64,000 nucleotides of DNA from Podarcis gaigeae (GCA_964106915.2 OZ066917.1), one strand, 5' to 3'; counted from the stretch's first letter, positions 1 to 15,307 are shown. Translations and numbers: made by a program. Notes: generated by a model not told the origin, from the letters alone.

Positions 1-3000
1 ACTGCAGCACATTTTTGCTGGTGCACTTAGGCCACTGAATATTGACTCAGGAGGTGGAACTAATTGCAAGTATCAGATTGCAGTGCTCTGGGTTTTGGAT
101 AAAGCTTCAAGGCCCTCCCCCCACCCCAGAAATCCCCACTTATTTCACAAGAACTGCTGCATAGTACAAAGTTTAAGGGTAGCAGCCTCCGTAGCATAAT
201 TGCTTTCTTTTCATATAAATTGCTTCCATGATCTCCAAAACGAGTGCACTGTTAGCATCTTTTCATGGTCCTTTTCTGTACTGCATTTCAGAAATACAAA
301 GGCAAGGGATCATTTAATTTCAGACTGAAGACAAGGAGATAGAACAAGTTACATTATCACCACCTCTCTCTCTTTTTCCTTGTCTTAATCTAGTGCTCAA
401 AACCAATGATTGCAAGAACACTGAGGTTGTATACTTCTTTGCAAATAGTTTAACAGATGCCCCTAATATACCACTGCTTTCCTCTCCCAGAGAGGAAAAA
501 AACATGGGCATGTTTTGCAGAATTCATGAGGCAGCAGCGTTCTCTGTATCCAGACTCTCTAGGAGGAAGTAAATAATCGTGGGACAGAAAACAGGGTTCT
601 CATTACAAGGTTTCCACCCAAGTAGCTTTCAAAATGTACTTAAATACCCCAGGGATACTAAATGGCTTTTGGGAGAGCGCATACTGGCAGCTGCAAGCTA
701 ACACCGATTAAAAGGAAACCCCCACTGACCACCAACGAGAGTAAGGCACACGGTAAGTGGGTCCAAGGCCAGAGATAGTGATTTACAAGAGGGCTATTGC
801 TGTATATAGCATTTTGTCTTAAGCTTATCTGCAGTGTATGGGGTGTTATGGTCAGGAAGGTGGTTTTCACTACCCCCAGGCTCAGCCACACATATGAAAG
901 ATCTGCGTTGTGTGTGAACCCAAGATGCATTGTTACAAGTCTGTACCAAAGCCTCCAACTTGGAAAGCCCAACAACCTAGTTTTAAACACATCCATTTGC
1001 TCACTTATCCCCTGGGTAAATTTGAATTTGACACCTTTCCAAATCCTGCCCTTCTGTTTTCCCGTGGGCTAATGTTAAGTACTTTAATAATGAGAGAGGT
1101 AGCCTGGCCTTCTGCCCTTGACTGCCCAGACAAATGCCTGCCTTCCTGTAATCACAGGGCAACAATCCAACTCCCTATTCACATTTCCTCCCCTCTTCTA
1201 GGTAAATTGTTTTTGCTATAATAAGATGCAAGTTTGTTCAGTTAATTCCCTCTCCTCTCCCTCACCCCCCATCCTGCCTTGAGTATACTCAAGACAGTCT
1301 ATACGGAAACCAAGAAACACTCCTCCTACATCTCCTGGTATCTCCCTTGTTCCCTGAAAGACAAGACATGCCAGAAACAATTTCCCCTTTTAAAAAAAGT
1401 CTAGGATTTTGGACAGAATTTTTAAACAACTAAGAACCAATGCCTTCTTTCCTGGTAACAGAAGGGAGCAATAAATACATTTATTTTGTTTGATTTTCTC
1501 TGTAATGATTTGTTTTATTTTTTGTTTTATTTTTCGCCAGGAGCAGATTTCACAATTCAGTGCCATGCCTGGCTCATATTAGAAACCCCCCCTATTTACA
1601 TGGTGTTCCCTTTAAAGTGTTTGTAATTACTCCACAAATATTAGGGTCAGTTGTATACCGTTTCCAACCAGCCTAAATTGGTAGGCAGTGGCACCAGCCT
1701 TGAGGTACCTTGAAGTACCAAGAGACTTTTGAGTACTAGGGATGAGACTGTTCCAAAGTAATTCAGCCCAGCTTTGTACAGTACTGAGTGTATGGCTCAG
1801 TTATGATACTTAGGACATCTTAAAAGATAGATCTTGAGAAAGCCAATTCTGCTGACCCTTTAGACCTTGCTCGGTCCCCAAAATATGTTCTTTTTGCGGG
1901 GGGGGGGGGAGTTGCTGTCTAGGGAATTTAGATTTGATACACAAGATCTAAGATTGTGAAACTGAATTAATTTTAAATTAGCATCTCTAGCATAGATCAG
2001 ATTATCAGCGTTTAGCCGAACTGAACTGGTATTAGGTTTTCTTCAGCAAAGCTATACCCAAGGAATGACGAGTTCTTATGGCTACCTCTATACATCTAAT
2101 TTTAAGCTGGGAATTGAATCTGGCTGATGAGCCACATACTTATTCCCCTGAACTCCTGTGGGTCAAGTTTTGACAGGTAGGTAGCATTGTCAGTCACCTG
2201 ACATCACAATGATATCAGGTGAGCCACTTTACCAAAACTATCAGTTGACTACCCCTACTTACAAAGCACTGTGTACAGGGAATTGCACATGGCTTTGAAG
2301 ATGCTGTCACTCAGCTGATCAGTGATCCTGGCAAAGCCCCTTTAGGCCAGATATATCTTTATCTGACCCACACCTGGCATCATATATGAATAGTTTATTT
2401 TTAATGTGATATGTAAATTGGGCCAATGGCAGGAAGAAGTTTAAATTCGAGATCCGTGGAGCTCCCTGAACATTCCATATGTCATATATGATGTCAGGCC
2501 TAGGGCAGATGGACATGGTTTGGTCAAATAACCTAGTGAGACAAACTGGGATGTCTTGAGGACCAAATTATGTCTGTGGTCTGCAGCTTCTTCACTGCTG
2601 TTTTAAATGAACTGAGGAGGGGACTTATAAAAACTGATTGACTTGGTAAATGTTTGTTTTCATAAAGCTTGAATCCTGTGTCAGTGTCGGTTTATACTGT
2701 CCATTTATGACTATGCGATTTTAAAAGTGAAGTAGACAGGGGATGTACAGTATGTTGATTTTGCTCACTGATGTTTAACCAATTTAATGCTTCTTTAATT
2801 TAATAGTTTATGGTACTGTAAATTTTAGTTTCAGGCACCAATCTCTATAATTTGCTATCTTCCTTTATCTGTTCTAAGCTGAAAATCAAACCAGTTTCCC
2901 TACTCCTTTACAGGATAAAATTTCAGCTTCAAAAAGAAAATCAGATTAGCAACAAGGGAAGTAGTTTATAGTAGCTTGACTGGTATATTGAACTCCTTCC

Positions 3001-4613
3001 GAACCCAGCCGTAATTTCTATTCCTCCTCCTCTGCCTCTAAAAACTTGCCTTTGATGATCAAGAGATATTAAATATGAATAAGAGATAGGAGAAGCTTGT
3101 CAGTAAAAAGCTACTGATTCTTGTCTCTGAAAGGCAGGCCTGTTCTTAAGAAGTACTCCTTGATTTGCCACTTAGCTCTCAGTTTCCGTTTGTGATCGAT
3201 CTTACAAGGACTAAGTATCTATCTTAGACTTGTCAGTGGAGTACAGTATTTTGCATTTAATGCAACCCACAGTGCTCTAGATACAGTAGAGTTAACCTTC
3301 AAAAACACCAAGTGCCTACACTCTTATCAAGTGTATAGTGGCGAAATGAAAAGAGGAAAAATTTTAAAGGCTGAGAGAGCCTTTCTAGTTTTGTGGCATG
3401 GCCAGACACATACTTACACTGTGTGTGTGGCATTGTTGTTTTTTAAGTACCATAGGTCAGTCCCAAATATGATGCTCACTTAGGGTAGCTATTATGTCCC
3501 ACTTTGCTTTACTTTGAAGTCATCCTCTTGTTGAAAGGCTGTCCAGTCCAAGTCCAGTTTCAAATGAAAGAACTATAAGGAGGAAGAGCAGAGGCTGCCC
3601 ATCAGCAGTTAGCTCCTGGACAGCAAACTGAATAGGCACACAGGTCAACTGGGCCAGCCTTGCCCTTGACAGTGAGAGATGTATTGCACTTCTATTTCTA
3701 TTACAGTCATTGGGTCAGATTCACCTTACAAACCCTGTCAGCAGAAGGCTTCACAATAGGACTCTGCTCCCCTCCCCTGTGCCTCCCTAAATTGGGTGGT
3801 TGGAAGAACAGTAGCGAGAGGAGAGGGGAGCTGATATGCTTGTGCTGATGAAACATTTGTAACAGTGTGACGTCAAATTCCACCCACTATTTCTAAGTTT
3901 GCATATTATATAAACACATGCAAATTTATGCAAATCTGTGCCCTCTTTTTGGCAATATGTAAGCTTACCCAGCACGCTATTTATTTATTGGAAAACATGT
4001 AAGGGACCCTCACGGGCAGGCAATTATTCTCAAGCAAAGTTTCAACATCCTACAACTACTGAAAGCATGTTTGAAAGGGGATGGATTTGTTATAATTCTG
4101 CTCTGGCAGCATACAATCAGATAAATGCCAGATTTAGTTTTCTATTCTAGATGCAAATCTTCAGATTAAAAGGAAAATGTCTGGTCAAGATTTGCATTTT
4201 AACTAGCTGGCTGTTAAGTCTTTTCTAACACTAGGTACATTGTCTCAGTATCTTCAATATCCCCCACAAACATCCCTTGAAAGCGCAGGGAATATTACAG
4301 ACTCAGATTAAGTTACCTATAATTATTGTTGTATCAGCATGACATATTGAGAGAATGCCATTAAAACAGTCAAGTTTAGAAAATAGTATGTTAAAGGATC
4401 CAGGAGTACAACAGACGTCAGGTACAATGTAAGGTGGGGGGAGAGAGAGAAGGTCGGTGGATATTGTTAAAAATAAGAGTCTAGTGGAATAGCTATAGAG
4501 TATTTCAGATTGAATATTCCCTTTCCCCTTAGCCTCCTACCTATTTATTTTGTCCATCTTTCGCATTTTAGGGCTGGCCAGTGTAGCACATTGACCTTTT
4601 CTTAAGGTCACTA

Positions 4614-4855
4614 CAGTGGTACCCCGGGTTACAGACATTTCAGGTTACAGACGCTTCAGGTTACAGACTCTGATAACCCAGAAATAGTACCTCGGGTTAA
4701 GAACTTTGCTTCAGGATAAGAACAGAAATCGCACAGTGGCGGTGCGGCAGCAGCGGGAGGCCCCATTAGTTAAAGTGGTGCTTCAGGTTAAGAACAGTTT
4801 CAGGTTAAGAACAGACCTCCAGAATGAATTAAGTTCTTAACCTGAGGTACCACTG
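4614..4855. mobile_element. Tc1/mariner-type MITE, family A, copy 1
   Basis: TA|CAGTGGTACC...GGTACCACTG|TA terminal inverted repeats with TA duplication. Near-identical copies at 19965 and 46825. Confidence 0.9.
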
Positions 4856-7800
4856 TATTGCCACTGCCCAATCTTCCTCCCCAGATATTCAGGTTTGCAG
4901 ACATAGTGAAGGGAGTCCTACAGCGTCCTTAATATTTCCAAAAACTGGAATGTTCAGAGTGAACTCTACAGATCTCTAGTTCAAGTATTTCTACTTCTTC
5001 AAGCCACTGGGCCAATTCACATTGACTGGGAAAGTTTTGCCTATAGTCACAAATCGTGGTTAAAAACTATAGGCAAAATGTTCCTAGGTCTCAATGCTTC
5101 TCATAAAACAAAATTTAAAATAAGTAATAAAAATAGATATCCTACAAACAAGAGCTGTGTGTAATCCACAGAGACTTAAGTCCAACACAGAGAAACTCCA
5201 GCCTATGAACAGCAGTGGGCCTGAGGTACTTCCATCATTTCCTGGCATGTACGGTAATCTTAACAAAGTTCAGATTGCCACAAATTCTAGAATGCAATGC
5301 TGAAGGCTAAATCAAGAGATAGCATTACAGAGATGGTGGCAGACAACGGTGAGGAAGCTGTGAACACAGGACCTCAAATACTACATGACCCACCTGGGTC
5401 AACAGGAGGTCAGGACTATTGCAAATCTGGAGCTAAGCCACATATTCTGACTGGTTTTATGTCCAGATCATCTGCCTGAGGCTAGGACCACCAATGTTCA
5501 GTCCCTGCAGAGAGCCATTCCACTGCAGATCATAATCAACAACCCTCAGGTCAAGTGCTTTAAGGAGCTGCAAAGTCTAGTAAAAACATATGCACAGACC
5601 TATGTAATTCAGTTAACATAGTTCAGTTTTAATGTTATTTGGTTTACACAGAGCAACTCAAAATTAAGTTAAGCACATGAGACCCAAACTCATCACTTGG
5701 TAAGAAGAAAATTTGAAAAGCAAAGGGGGGCGGGGGGGGGGGGAGAAACCAGCATCAGAAACAAAGATGAACTGTCAAAATACTGTTTTGCACATCTGGC
5801 AAGAAATGGAACTTGCTAAAATATCAAGGAAAACTGTGTTTACTTTAAAATAAATAAAAAGCAGGGGGAGAGAATGCCACACATGCAGCCACCACATTTC
5901 AGATCACTCAAAGCACATCCAAAAGAGTAGAAACAGATTTCCACAGTCTAACAAAAATGGGATAAACCTGTCTTTCACAAACAAGGCTACATTTTAAAGT
6001 CTGAGCAGCTATTATACTGTTTATGCTACATTTCTCTCAAGAGACACAACAGCTACAAAGCCTCGTGTGAGTGACAAGCAATTTGGATACTGTACTTTAC
6101 AAAGAAAAGCTTCCATTTCAGTCCAGGAGGAGGAAAACATTCTTAGCCCAAGTATGTCACACAAATTTTAAAACGTCACATTTTTATCAGCCACCAGAGG
6201 AATCCATATATTTGGTGCATGTATATAAACCAATCTGCAGACTTGTTTCACACAAACTAACTTCAGGTCGCATCTGAAAACCATGTGCAGTACCGCACAG
6301 TAGGTCCACATGCCCCCCCCCCCCCCAATCCCACACTGCCTGTTCTATATTTTGCTTTAGATGTTAGTCAGATCAGGGCTGGAGTTAACTAAGATTGCCC
6401 TGAAACAATGGTTTGCAGTCTACCAAAATTACTTTTTAAATGTTACTTTACAAAACATAGAAATTGCAGAGTTCTGATTTTAAAATCAGATTTGGGTATT
6501 TCGTACGGATGTGGTATACACTTAGCTCCGCTCAATGAACTGAAGACACTGAAGCAATTTGAAGCCTTTGCTGAAGCCATCTCTTATTTTCCCACAGGAT
6601 TTTGGGTCCCAAATATGCTAAGAATAAATTGTACTAAGGAAGGAAAACTATTATCTGAGCCACTGCAGGTATATTAGGTCAGTTGCCTCCCAAATGAACC
6701 CTTGATAAGCCAGGGGCCCTGCTCCATGCTCTTCTGCCAACAGGAACATAGCAGGGGCCTATAAAAGACAGGGCCTTCTCTGCTGTGGTGCCTAACTTTA
6801 ATATTAATTTAATTTGTTGCTTTAATATTAATTTATTGATGGGTATGCGTTTTTTGTGTATTTCTATTGACCAATGTAAGCTATCTTGATTATTATAGGA
6901 AGGCAGGGTACAAATGCTGCAAATAGATAATGCCACTGAGCAAATGGGAACAGGTCACTCATTATAATAAAAGAGGAAGGAGGAATAGATTACAAGCAGA
7001 AGGACTAGATCACAGATATTGTTGGCAATTTGCCGTCCGAGTCATAATCTAGGAAAGGTCAGTATTTTTAAAAAGGTCAAGCTCTCTTGGAACAGCAATA
7101 TATATGATAAAGACTGCACTGCATCGAATGTATGAGAAAAGGCATTTTGTTTTTCAAAGGTCTTATTTTTCATGCAACGCTTTTGAATTTGGACACATAT
7201 TCAAGGCACTGATCTCTCAGCCTCGTTCTGCTTGCCTGCACTGTTGCTGCTGCCTCCCTTCTGATCCCCTTCCTCCTGTACTGCAGCAGCCACACAACCA
7301 TCCCAGCCTTGTAAACCATTTGGAGACAATTATAGCTTTGCAGTATATAAATTGCTTAAATAATAAAAACAAATCAACAAACAAACATGATTTTAAGATT
7401 GGAGAACACACCACAAATGCATCTGCAAGACTACAATCCATTAGATAAATTTTGGACTCTAGACCTAATGGTATGAAAAGTGGAGGTGGGGCTCTTTAGA
7501 TGGTAATGGGCATTATTCCAGACAATCTTACAGGGACCCTTCTTTAATTCTTGCACTGAAATGTGGCAAGCCAGTCCTGCTGCATCTAGGGGAACCCCCT
7601 GTCCAGAGGGGCCCAGGACTTCTGCCCCAATTCTATCCCTGACGGCAGCAACAGTGATGGCTCAGTTCTACGCATGACAGCTGTAGGCATGACTCTCCTC
7701 TCCTTTTTAGCCACAAAGGGCTACTAGCTCCTTAAGAGAGTCCCATGTATGCAACTGATGCTCACCTAGCTCTCTGGTGAGCAGCAGCAAGTATGTGGAG

Positions 7801-10800
7801 AGCACAGGGTGAATGTGTTGTTTGCCACTTAAGTGCTTGCCCATGGGCAATACCTGCTTGGCCCATGGAGCAAAAAATTGCAGAGCAGCTTGGCATTCAT
7901 CAGGCAGCCAATAAGCTGCTTTTAAAACACAACAAAATTTAATTCTATGACACAGAAAGATATCCCAAGAGAATGAGTTTTAGTGTTTGTGATGGAAGTC
8001 TAGGCTGCTAATTTAAGCATTCCTGCCTGACGATAGTGAGTTGTGCAGTGCATACGTGTAGTTAATTCTTCATCCTTTGAACGATATTACTGTATTAGAT
8101 AGAAGTCCATGGCCAAGGAACATTCTCCTAGTCCTGTCCCACAGCTGAAGTGCACACTTGCTCTCAAAACGTTTGCCAGTGTGGTGTTAGCGCTAGAAAC
8201 TTCGACTCTAAGCCTGGATGTTTCAATAAGCATCTAGTTACTAAAATAATCACTGCATGCCCATAAATTAAGTGAGCCACAGATCTTTCCTCCTGATCCA
8301 CTAATTTATTCCTTTTGCACTGAACCTTTTGCACTGAGCTGCAAGCTGTCCATTCACTATGTGACACTCTTAGACAAAAAGCCAGGATTTCCCTGCTGAC
8401 TCTGTCCCTTCTTTATCAGTTAACTTTTCGTTACCAAGCAAGAGGAAGAAGGAAGATACCTATCTTGAAAAGCATGCCTCAACCAATGAACGGCACAGCA
8501 GAAACTAGTTCAGATTTTCTGGTGCCAGATTAAGTTTTCCCCCAGGCCTTTTAAGGTTGCTGCAGCCTTTTAAATCTGTTTTAGATTTCCGGTTTCATTC
8601 TTTGCTCTTTTAGCTTTTGTTTTAAGGTCTTGATTTTTACCTCCTCCCATACTTTTATAGTACTGCATTGTATGACTAATTTAAGCACAAAGCTTAAGTT
8701 TTCATTTATTTTATTTTAATTCTGTAAATGCCAAGAATGTTTATTATAGGGTGGCTTGTAAATGCCATTACAAAAAAAACCTCCTGGTTGGCAGTGGGGC
8801 TTCAGTGCTCTGCATACCTCTTTGCACCACATCATTAAAAGAAACCAAAATAAAATTATGCAAACTAATGAAATTTGCAGAATAAGGGAAATTGTACAAA
8901 AAATGGGCTTTTTTTGCACTGTTAATAGAAAACACTGGGTTTTTTTGTTATTGCCTTTCTTGTAATGCAGGGCTTTGACAATGAGCCTGTCTGCCATGAC
9001 ACTGGGATCATGACATCCTTCTCCAGGGGATGAGACCAGGAACTCAGGGTGGAAGCCTCAAATTTACACGTGGAAAAAGAGGAGCCCATTGTGTCAGTAC
9101 CTCTCCAGCTGCTGGATGCTGCATTGCCTTCCTCTGAGAACTCTAGCTCAGAAGCCTTAGAAGAACCACAGCCTTGCCTGCTCTGCCAGAGTCAGTGAAA
9201 GATAAAGCACGCAGAGTCCATTTAAATGAAGGGGCTGCTCCCACGAAAGACAGAGCTAGCAACTCTGATAAACTGCAGCTCTAAGCCCAAGTCTGGGGAT
9301 GACTGCTGCTGAATACAGCCTCCAGCCTGGGCCACACACAGAACTGTCCAAAGTACCACCGAAGCCTTGCCTTTGTATTGCTGAGACCATCACTCAAAAA
9401 GGAATAATAGCACGAATTGCTTCAATCTAACACTTGAAGCCCAGATTCAGTGCTTTAATTGGATACCTGGTGCAGCATACTGTACACCATCTAGCCTCAT
9501 GGCAAAACTGCTTCTCGACGGGTTCAGTAAACACATACGCAAAGCAAGTCGACAGAAAAAGAACACAGCAACTCTGATTCACCGTGGTGTTTTCATTCTT
9601 ACAAACACCTTGTGACAGATCCCCGCATGTAAAAATGGAGACAGAAAAACTCAGAAGTAGCTACTTGTCCCGGGCATTCAACAAGAACTGAAGCCATTGA
9701 TCACATGAACTTTCAAGTCAGCCCTTAGTGCAGAGTATGACACAGTATTGTAGCTGCTGCCGACAAATAATTACATTCTGAAAAATCTTCATGAAGGTGA
9801 CTGCTGACAGTTCTGAAGCATGTGGATTTGGAAATGCTGTTTCTGTTTCTTCCACCCTTTACAGCCCAGACTTCGAGGCTACTTTGGTCTGTTCTTGAAT
9901 ATCACAGGGCCAGATCACAGGGCTTTCGGGAACAATGCAAGTTTCTGCTTGTGCTTTCTACAGGCAATGAACACAAGGTGTTCCAAGGAAAAGGGCAGTT
10001 TGCCTTTTTAAAGCATGTTTCCCACACTCAAGTTAAGTTATGTGAAGGAGTGCCCAATCAGGACTGTTGGCTGCTGTCTAGACACAACTTTCCATCAGAT
10101 AAAAGCTCTAACCAAAAACAGCTGTTAGTTTACTCTATTAAAAGAACAGGAATCTGATAATGATCCAAGTCAATTACTTGATTTCCTTCACTCTAATCAT
10201 GAGGCCGAGGGGGCTGGATATCCAAGGCCACCATGACAACCAGCATTGTGGTCCATCTTCCATGTCCCCACCTCCCACATCCACTTTAGAGTAGAGAGTT
10301 GTGATTAAATGGTCTGTAAATCGTTCTAAACAAAACGAACGTAATATCATTTTTTAAAATTTTCTCTTGTCGCCTGGGTGTGAAAAAATATCCTGACTGT
10401 GTAGTCTGCATCTGATGAACTCTAAGAATTCCAGATAAACCTTCAATCTCTTGCACAACTCCTTGCACCAATTCCCTGCGGCTGCTATTTCCTCAGGACT
10501 CCACCTTCACATACATTTCAAGCTGCTTCTTGGTACATTGTCAGAAGGAGTTTGGACAAGAGTTTGTGATGGTGTGGGTGATATTCAACAAAGCTTTACT
10601 AAAAGCAGACTTGCTGAAATTAATTGACCTAACCTAGCCATGTTCATTCATTTCAGTGGGACCACTCTGAGGAAATTTTAGTTGAATAACACTCTGTGGA
10701 AGGAATTCAACATTGCCAGAGTGCTTGCTGGATGCAATCATTTTCCCTCTTCTCCCTCCACACATTGTTTTGGGTGTTCTCCTGATGCCTCCAAGTCAAT

Positions 10801-11152
10801 GGGGGGGGGAGTGGAGGGAGCTGGAGCTGGGGGACAGGAAAGCGGGGAAGCCCCGATGCACTAGTAGCCCTGTGTACGCTGCCCTAAAATATTTCTAGCA
10901 CAGGACTCTTAGCAACCTTAGCTTGGAATTATTGTTGATTGTGCTGAACATTCCTAAATGGTACTGTGCTCTTTGATCTCATCATTAGCCACTTTCATCT
11001 GCTTTCCCATCCAAAGATGGCAATGGCAGATGTATATACATCTATCAAAACCCTTTAGAAATTTTCCATCTCGGAGTCTCTAAAGGCAAGCCACTGAGTC
11101 ACCAACAATTTGCATCACAAGTTTTTAAAGTCAGGCTGTACAAGATTCCTAC

Positions 11153-11578
11153 CTTGTGTAGACCATAAAATGCTTACAGGCACAGAAGCCACATCCTTGA
11201 TCTTTATCCAGCTGTTATTTCGTTGCCTGCTCCATGAAGAAATTACACAATAATAATCTCCTCTGTCTGCTTCAGAGGTCCACTGGATTCGTAAGCGGAA
11301 GGTGTCCACAGTTGGTTTAGAGAAAATAATTTCCCCATTCTGGGCCCGGTGTTTGCTTCTGTCCCCAACTACCAGCGTCCAGTCTGCATCCATGGTGGCA
11401 AGAAGTTCATCTTTCACTACTTCATCACTGCGCATAGGTAATCGGTAGTACCATGAGACAGTGAAACGCACATTTGTTTCAGTGTTCTGCGCCTCTGTGA
11501 TCCTACATTCCAATTCTGTTGGATCTTCTGCATACTTAGGTGTTTTAGTCGCATTCAGAAACACATGGTAAGTTGGCT
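11153..11578 (-). CDS. PTGFRN: PTGFRN exon 5, V-type Ig domain 4
   Basis: Translates to EPTYHVFLNATKTPKYAEDPTELECR...RFTVSWYYR...FRLRIQWTSEADRGDYYCVISSW...NNSWIKIKDV. Acceptor ccgcag|, donor AAG|gtagga, 426 nt, phase 1-1. Downstream exons are not in the window. Confidence 0.95.
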
Positions 11579-13508
11579 CTGCGGAGCATTTTGAAAAGCA
11601 GGGAGACAGACAAGGAAAGGAAAGTATGAAATAAAGACCAATTCAGAATACAGGCTACATTTTCACATTTATCATTTCAGAACGGCAACATTCTTTTGGC
11701 ATCTTGCAAGTCATGGCATAGGATGGGGCATTTACTACTTAGCTGGTGACAGTGGACCATGTAATTCCCAGAAATGGAGTATCTTCATGGCATGCAGCCC
11801 CAAGTCAAACAAAAGGCAGATTCTAAAGCCAACATTTAGTAAGTCACACTATACTGTAGGAATTTCATAATACAACATTCTGGTTACAGAACACTGCATT
11901 GCAATTGCAAAGTCTGCCTCTCAGGGAAATGTTTCATTTTAATGAACATGCTCCCCATTTTGGAAGGGCATGCCAAGAGCGTGTCAGGTTTCTGTACACT
12001 GCTTTACCATTCATTTTATTGCCCACTTCAGCGACCTTGGCAGAGGAAAGCTGGCACTAGAGCAAGCCAATATTGGAGAGCATCCCACATTTACTTGTTC
12101 CTGGTGTTGAATGCCAGTGCTAGAAACTGAATATACCCTTCACGTTAACTTTACTGGGTTTTTTTAAATACAATTTCTGACAGTTTCATAATCACAAGTC
12201 TGAAAGAACTATGAAGGGCCTACTTTCTGCTCTTAGCAACCATATTTAGGATCCCAGAAAAGAAGAAATACAATGCAATAACAATATTTATAAAGGTAGT
12301 GGAGGGAAAGGTAGTTAATGAGCCACAAAAAGGGTTGGGTTGGCCAATCATACCTCACCTTAATAAGTCAAGATCTGAATGAGGCTTATGGATGCACACA
12401 CAGTTCCCTTGCTCCCCGCTTTGCTACAGTTTACTATTTTGTCCAAACAAGGAAACTATGGTTAACAGTTTCTGAACAAGCCAGGATATGAAAACTTAGT
12501 TTGAAGTTGGATTGAAGGGAGGAGCAAAAGAGCTGCTCATGTGCGGCCAAAAGGCTTGTTCTTGGCTCAGCATAATGGTATATGATAATCTGAACCAGCC
12601 CACATAATTCACTGGAGCAGCTTGCTTCCAAACAGAAGCACCAACAACATTTTCATGTCCTCATTAGGAAATAGAAGAAAGTTGAAGGTAAATGGGATGT
12701 CAGCTAATCATATCCGGCATTTGGAAGACCTATAGGGAATAGGATGGCTGGGGCAAGTTTTGGCTTTGACAGGAGTGCTCCAGCTAGTCTCTTCACACTG
12801 ACTCTCAGACAGAGGATTTAGCAGGAAGGAATAAAAGGCTTGCTGGATAAGCCTCATTCCTGCACTCTTGTCAGCTGTCAAAGAACAGCCTTGCTGACAG
12901 TTCAATGACTTAATACCCTGCCAAGCTCTCAAACTTCAATCAAGTAGGAGGGGGCTGCTGTTGAATTTTGGATGCAGTTTATGTACTACAGATGAGAATT
13001 CCTCTCCTGCTTTTCCCACCCGCAGGCAATGTAAGATCATTTGAAAAACATTTTGCTCTTCCCCCTTAACCTGCATCAAAATAATTACTAATTTGGGATG
13101 CAAAGGCGAAGAAATTCCCACTGACCAACAGAATACTTTCAGTGCAGAAAAGAGGCACCCTATTCAAGGCAGCTTTTAAAGCTATGGATGCTTTCCAGAT
13201 AATATTGGTAACAGAAGTACACTGAGTGTACAGAATCAGTGGCACCTCTCTGTTTAGTTGCATTCGATGGGATGTCTGTTGGATGAAAAGAATGAGAGAC
13301 AAGCTCTCTCTCATAATTAGGCCTACAGCAAGCAGGATGGAAATCATTAGGCCATATTGAGATTTCCTTTCCTTTCCTTTAAAAACTTGCACAGCTTATT
13401 CTCCTTCCTCTAAGGCTATAATTCTAAACTAACCTATTAGCCTATTGAACTCAATGGCTGCATTTACACATAGTGCTAAATACTAACTGAAGTTTCATAA
13501 ACCATGCT

Positions 13509-13586
13509 AGGTAGTGCACAAGGGCTGTTTCACTATTCTAGTCCTTGAGGTAGTGCACAAGGGCTGTTTCACTATTCTAGTCCTTG
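13509..13586. repeat. Perfect 39-bp tandem duplication
   Basis: AGGTAGTGCACAAGGGCTGTTTCACTATTCTAGTCCTTG occurs twice in tandem. Confidence 0.95.
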
Positions 13587-15307
13587 AGAGCAGAGAAACA
13601 AATAATAAAAAGGCAGCTGGCTTAGTTTCATCCAAATCCAAGGTTGTGGTTTGCATTGCCCAAACAAACCACTAGCCAGGCTTACACTATTATTTGTTAT
13701 CAGCTTATACTCCTGGGCTTGCTATTAAACGGTAATGCAGCCAAAGAGATTTACTTGCAGATAAACATGTTTAAAATTGGATTGTACAAATACTGCAGAA
13801 GTGGATTTTCAGCTGTCTTGGCTCTCTGAAGTACAAGAGATGCTGTGGCTGTCAGGACTGGGTTACCATCAACCAGATCTTGACTGTGCTACGATAGCAT
13901 TCAGAAGTGTATATGCACAATGCTTGAATTTCAGCAGAGTATAAGTAGAAATGCTTGCTCCCACTGCTTGAAAGGCTGTCAAGAATCATCTGGCTCCTAA
14001 TTGCAAAGTCAAAAGCCAGAAACTTGATTTTTTTAATTATCCTCTAAGAGATGCTGACACGTCAAGGCAAACTCTACAGAACAACATGGTTCTTTAGAAA
14101 TTTGTGCTAGGGTTTCAGTTTTCCATATCTCTCCTGCCTGGATGCTCATTTCCTAGAACATCTGCATAAAAAGCAGATCTCAGTAGCTTAAGAGTTCAGC
14201 CAGGAAAACAGAGTTAGTGAAAACACATAAAGTCAAAGCAGAATATTGGGGTGAGGAAAAATGAAAAACAATGTTTTTGTCTAGACAAACTTCTGGTTCA
14301 CCTCCTAATCTTTCTATATGATATAACGTCCATTAAATAATAGAAAGTGATCTATATTATTTTTAGGATTTCCCCAAGGAAATCTGGCAGATCTGACAAT
14401 GGGTCTGAAAGAACCATTATAGTAGTGACTGTGGGATTAGTCCAGTCATCCAAGCCACACTCAAGAACAACAAATCAGAGCACAAGAAGGTGTCTAGATG
14501 AGTCGCTGGACTACCTGAGACCAGATTCTATTATGCAGCTTTGCCAAACGATACTATCTTCCTGATAGAAACTATAGATGTGGCCTTCAGAACAAGTGTG
14601 CATTTGACTATATTTTTATTTATCAGTTGTTTCCCTTCCTATCTCTTGTCTTTGGAGCAAACACATTTTATTTTGGGGGTTTTTTTAAAGAAGAACTTAA
14701 AACAGTACGGAACATTCCCAGCTAAAAAAACTGAACAATTTTGAATTTTGTCTTTGGATGACTAATGGGAAAAATTACATTGCTACAGAGAATGGCAGCC
14801 CATGTATTTTCAAGCAGGCTGCTAAAGAAGACCGAGACTTAACAACAACCAGCACTGCATAAGTCTGTTTTATGTCATGGCAGGTCCTGTGGGGATTTCC
14901 AGCTTATATATCCCACCAACACTACCTTTGGGCTTGTTGAAAGCTTTTGAATGTCCCCTCTCTCTTCCAAGACAGGGATCACTTTAAATATTAAGACTAT
15001 TCCATCTTTGTGTTCTTTTAAGTCAAGTTAAAGAGCCACGTTTGATCAGAACAAATGTTTCATTTTAAAATGTTTTCTCAGGACTGATACAATAGACACA
15101 AAAAGGCATCCATGAAAAAAGCCCAGGATGGCTGGTATAATTAAGAGACCATGTTGGACACACCACCAATGAGCATGAACTGGTAAGTCTTAAAGGGTTT
15201 AGCATTTTTAAGAACCACATAATTTTCTTCCAACACAGAGTCCAGGGCAGGAGGGATCACTCCTATTGAATGCCACTTTCTGTTCACTTCCATATTGTGG
15301 TATAAAC

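Noticed and set aside
8990-9476. Possible solo LTRs here and at about 580-1380, 21060-22010 and 55596-55970
   Set aside because: The composition is suggestive, but I could not establish TG..CA ends with TSDs or a second copy.
10286-10471. Minus ORF containing GILRVHQMQTTQSGYFF, faintly like an Ig E-F strand, considered as PTGFRN exon 6
   Set aside because: It lacks the conserved Cys and Trp residues, has an in-frame stop just upstream, and has no suitable 400-nt exon frame.
11115-11152. Read-through of the exon 5 donor giving a soluble four-Ig isoform (GRNLVQPDFKNL-stop)
   Set aside because: An in-frame stop shortly after a donor is normal, and there is no nearby polyadenylation evidence.
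11256-11264. RGD tripeptide in Ig4
   Set aside because: It is part of the structural D-x-G-x-Y-x-C tyrosine corner, so it is unlikely to be an exposed integrin ligand.
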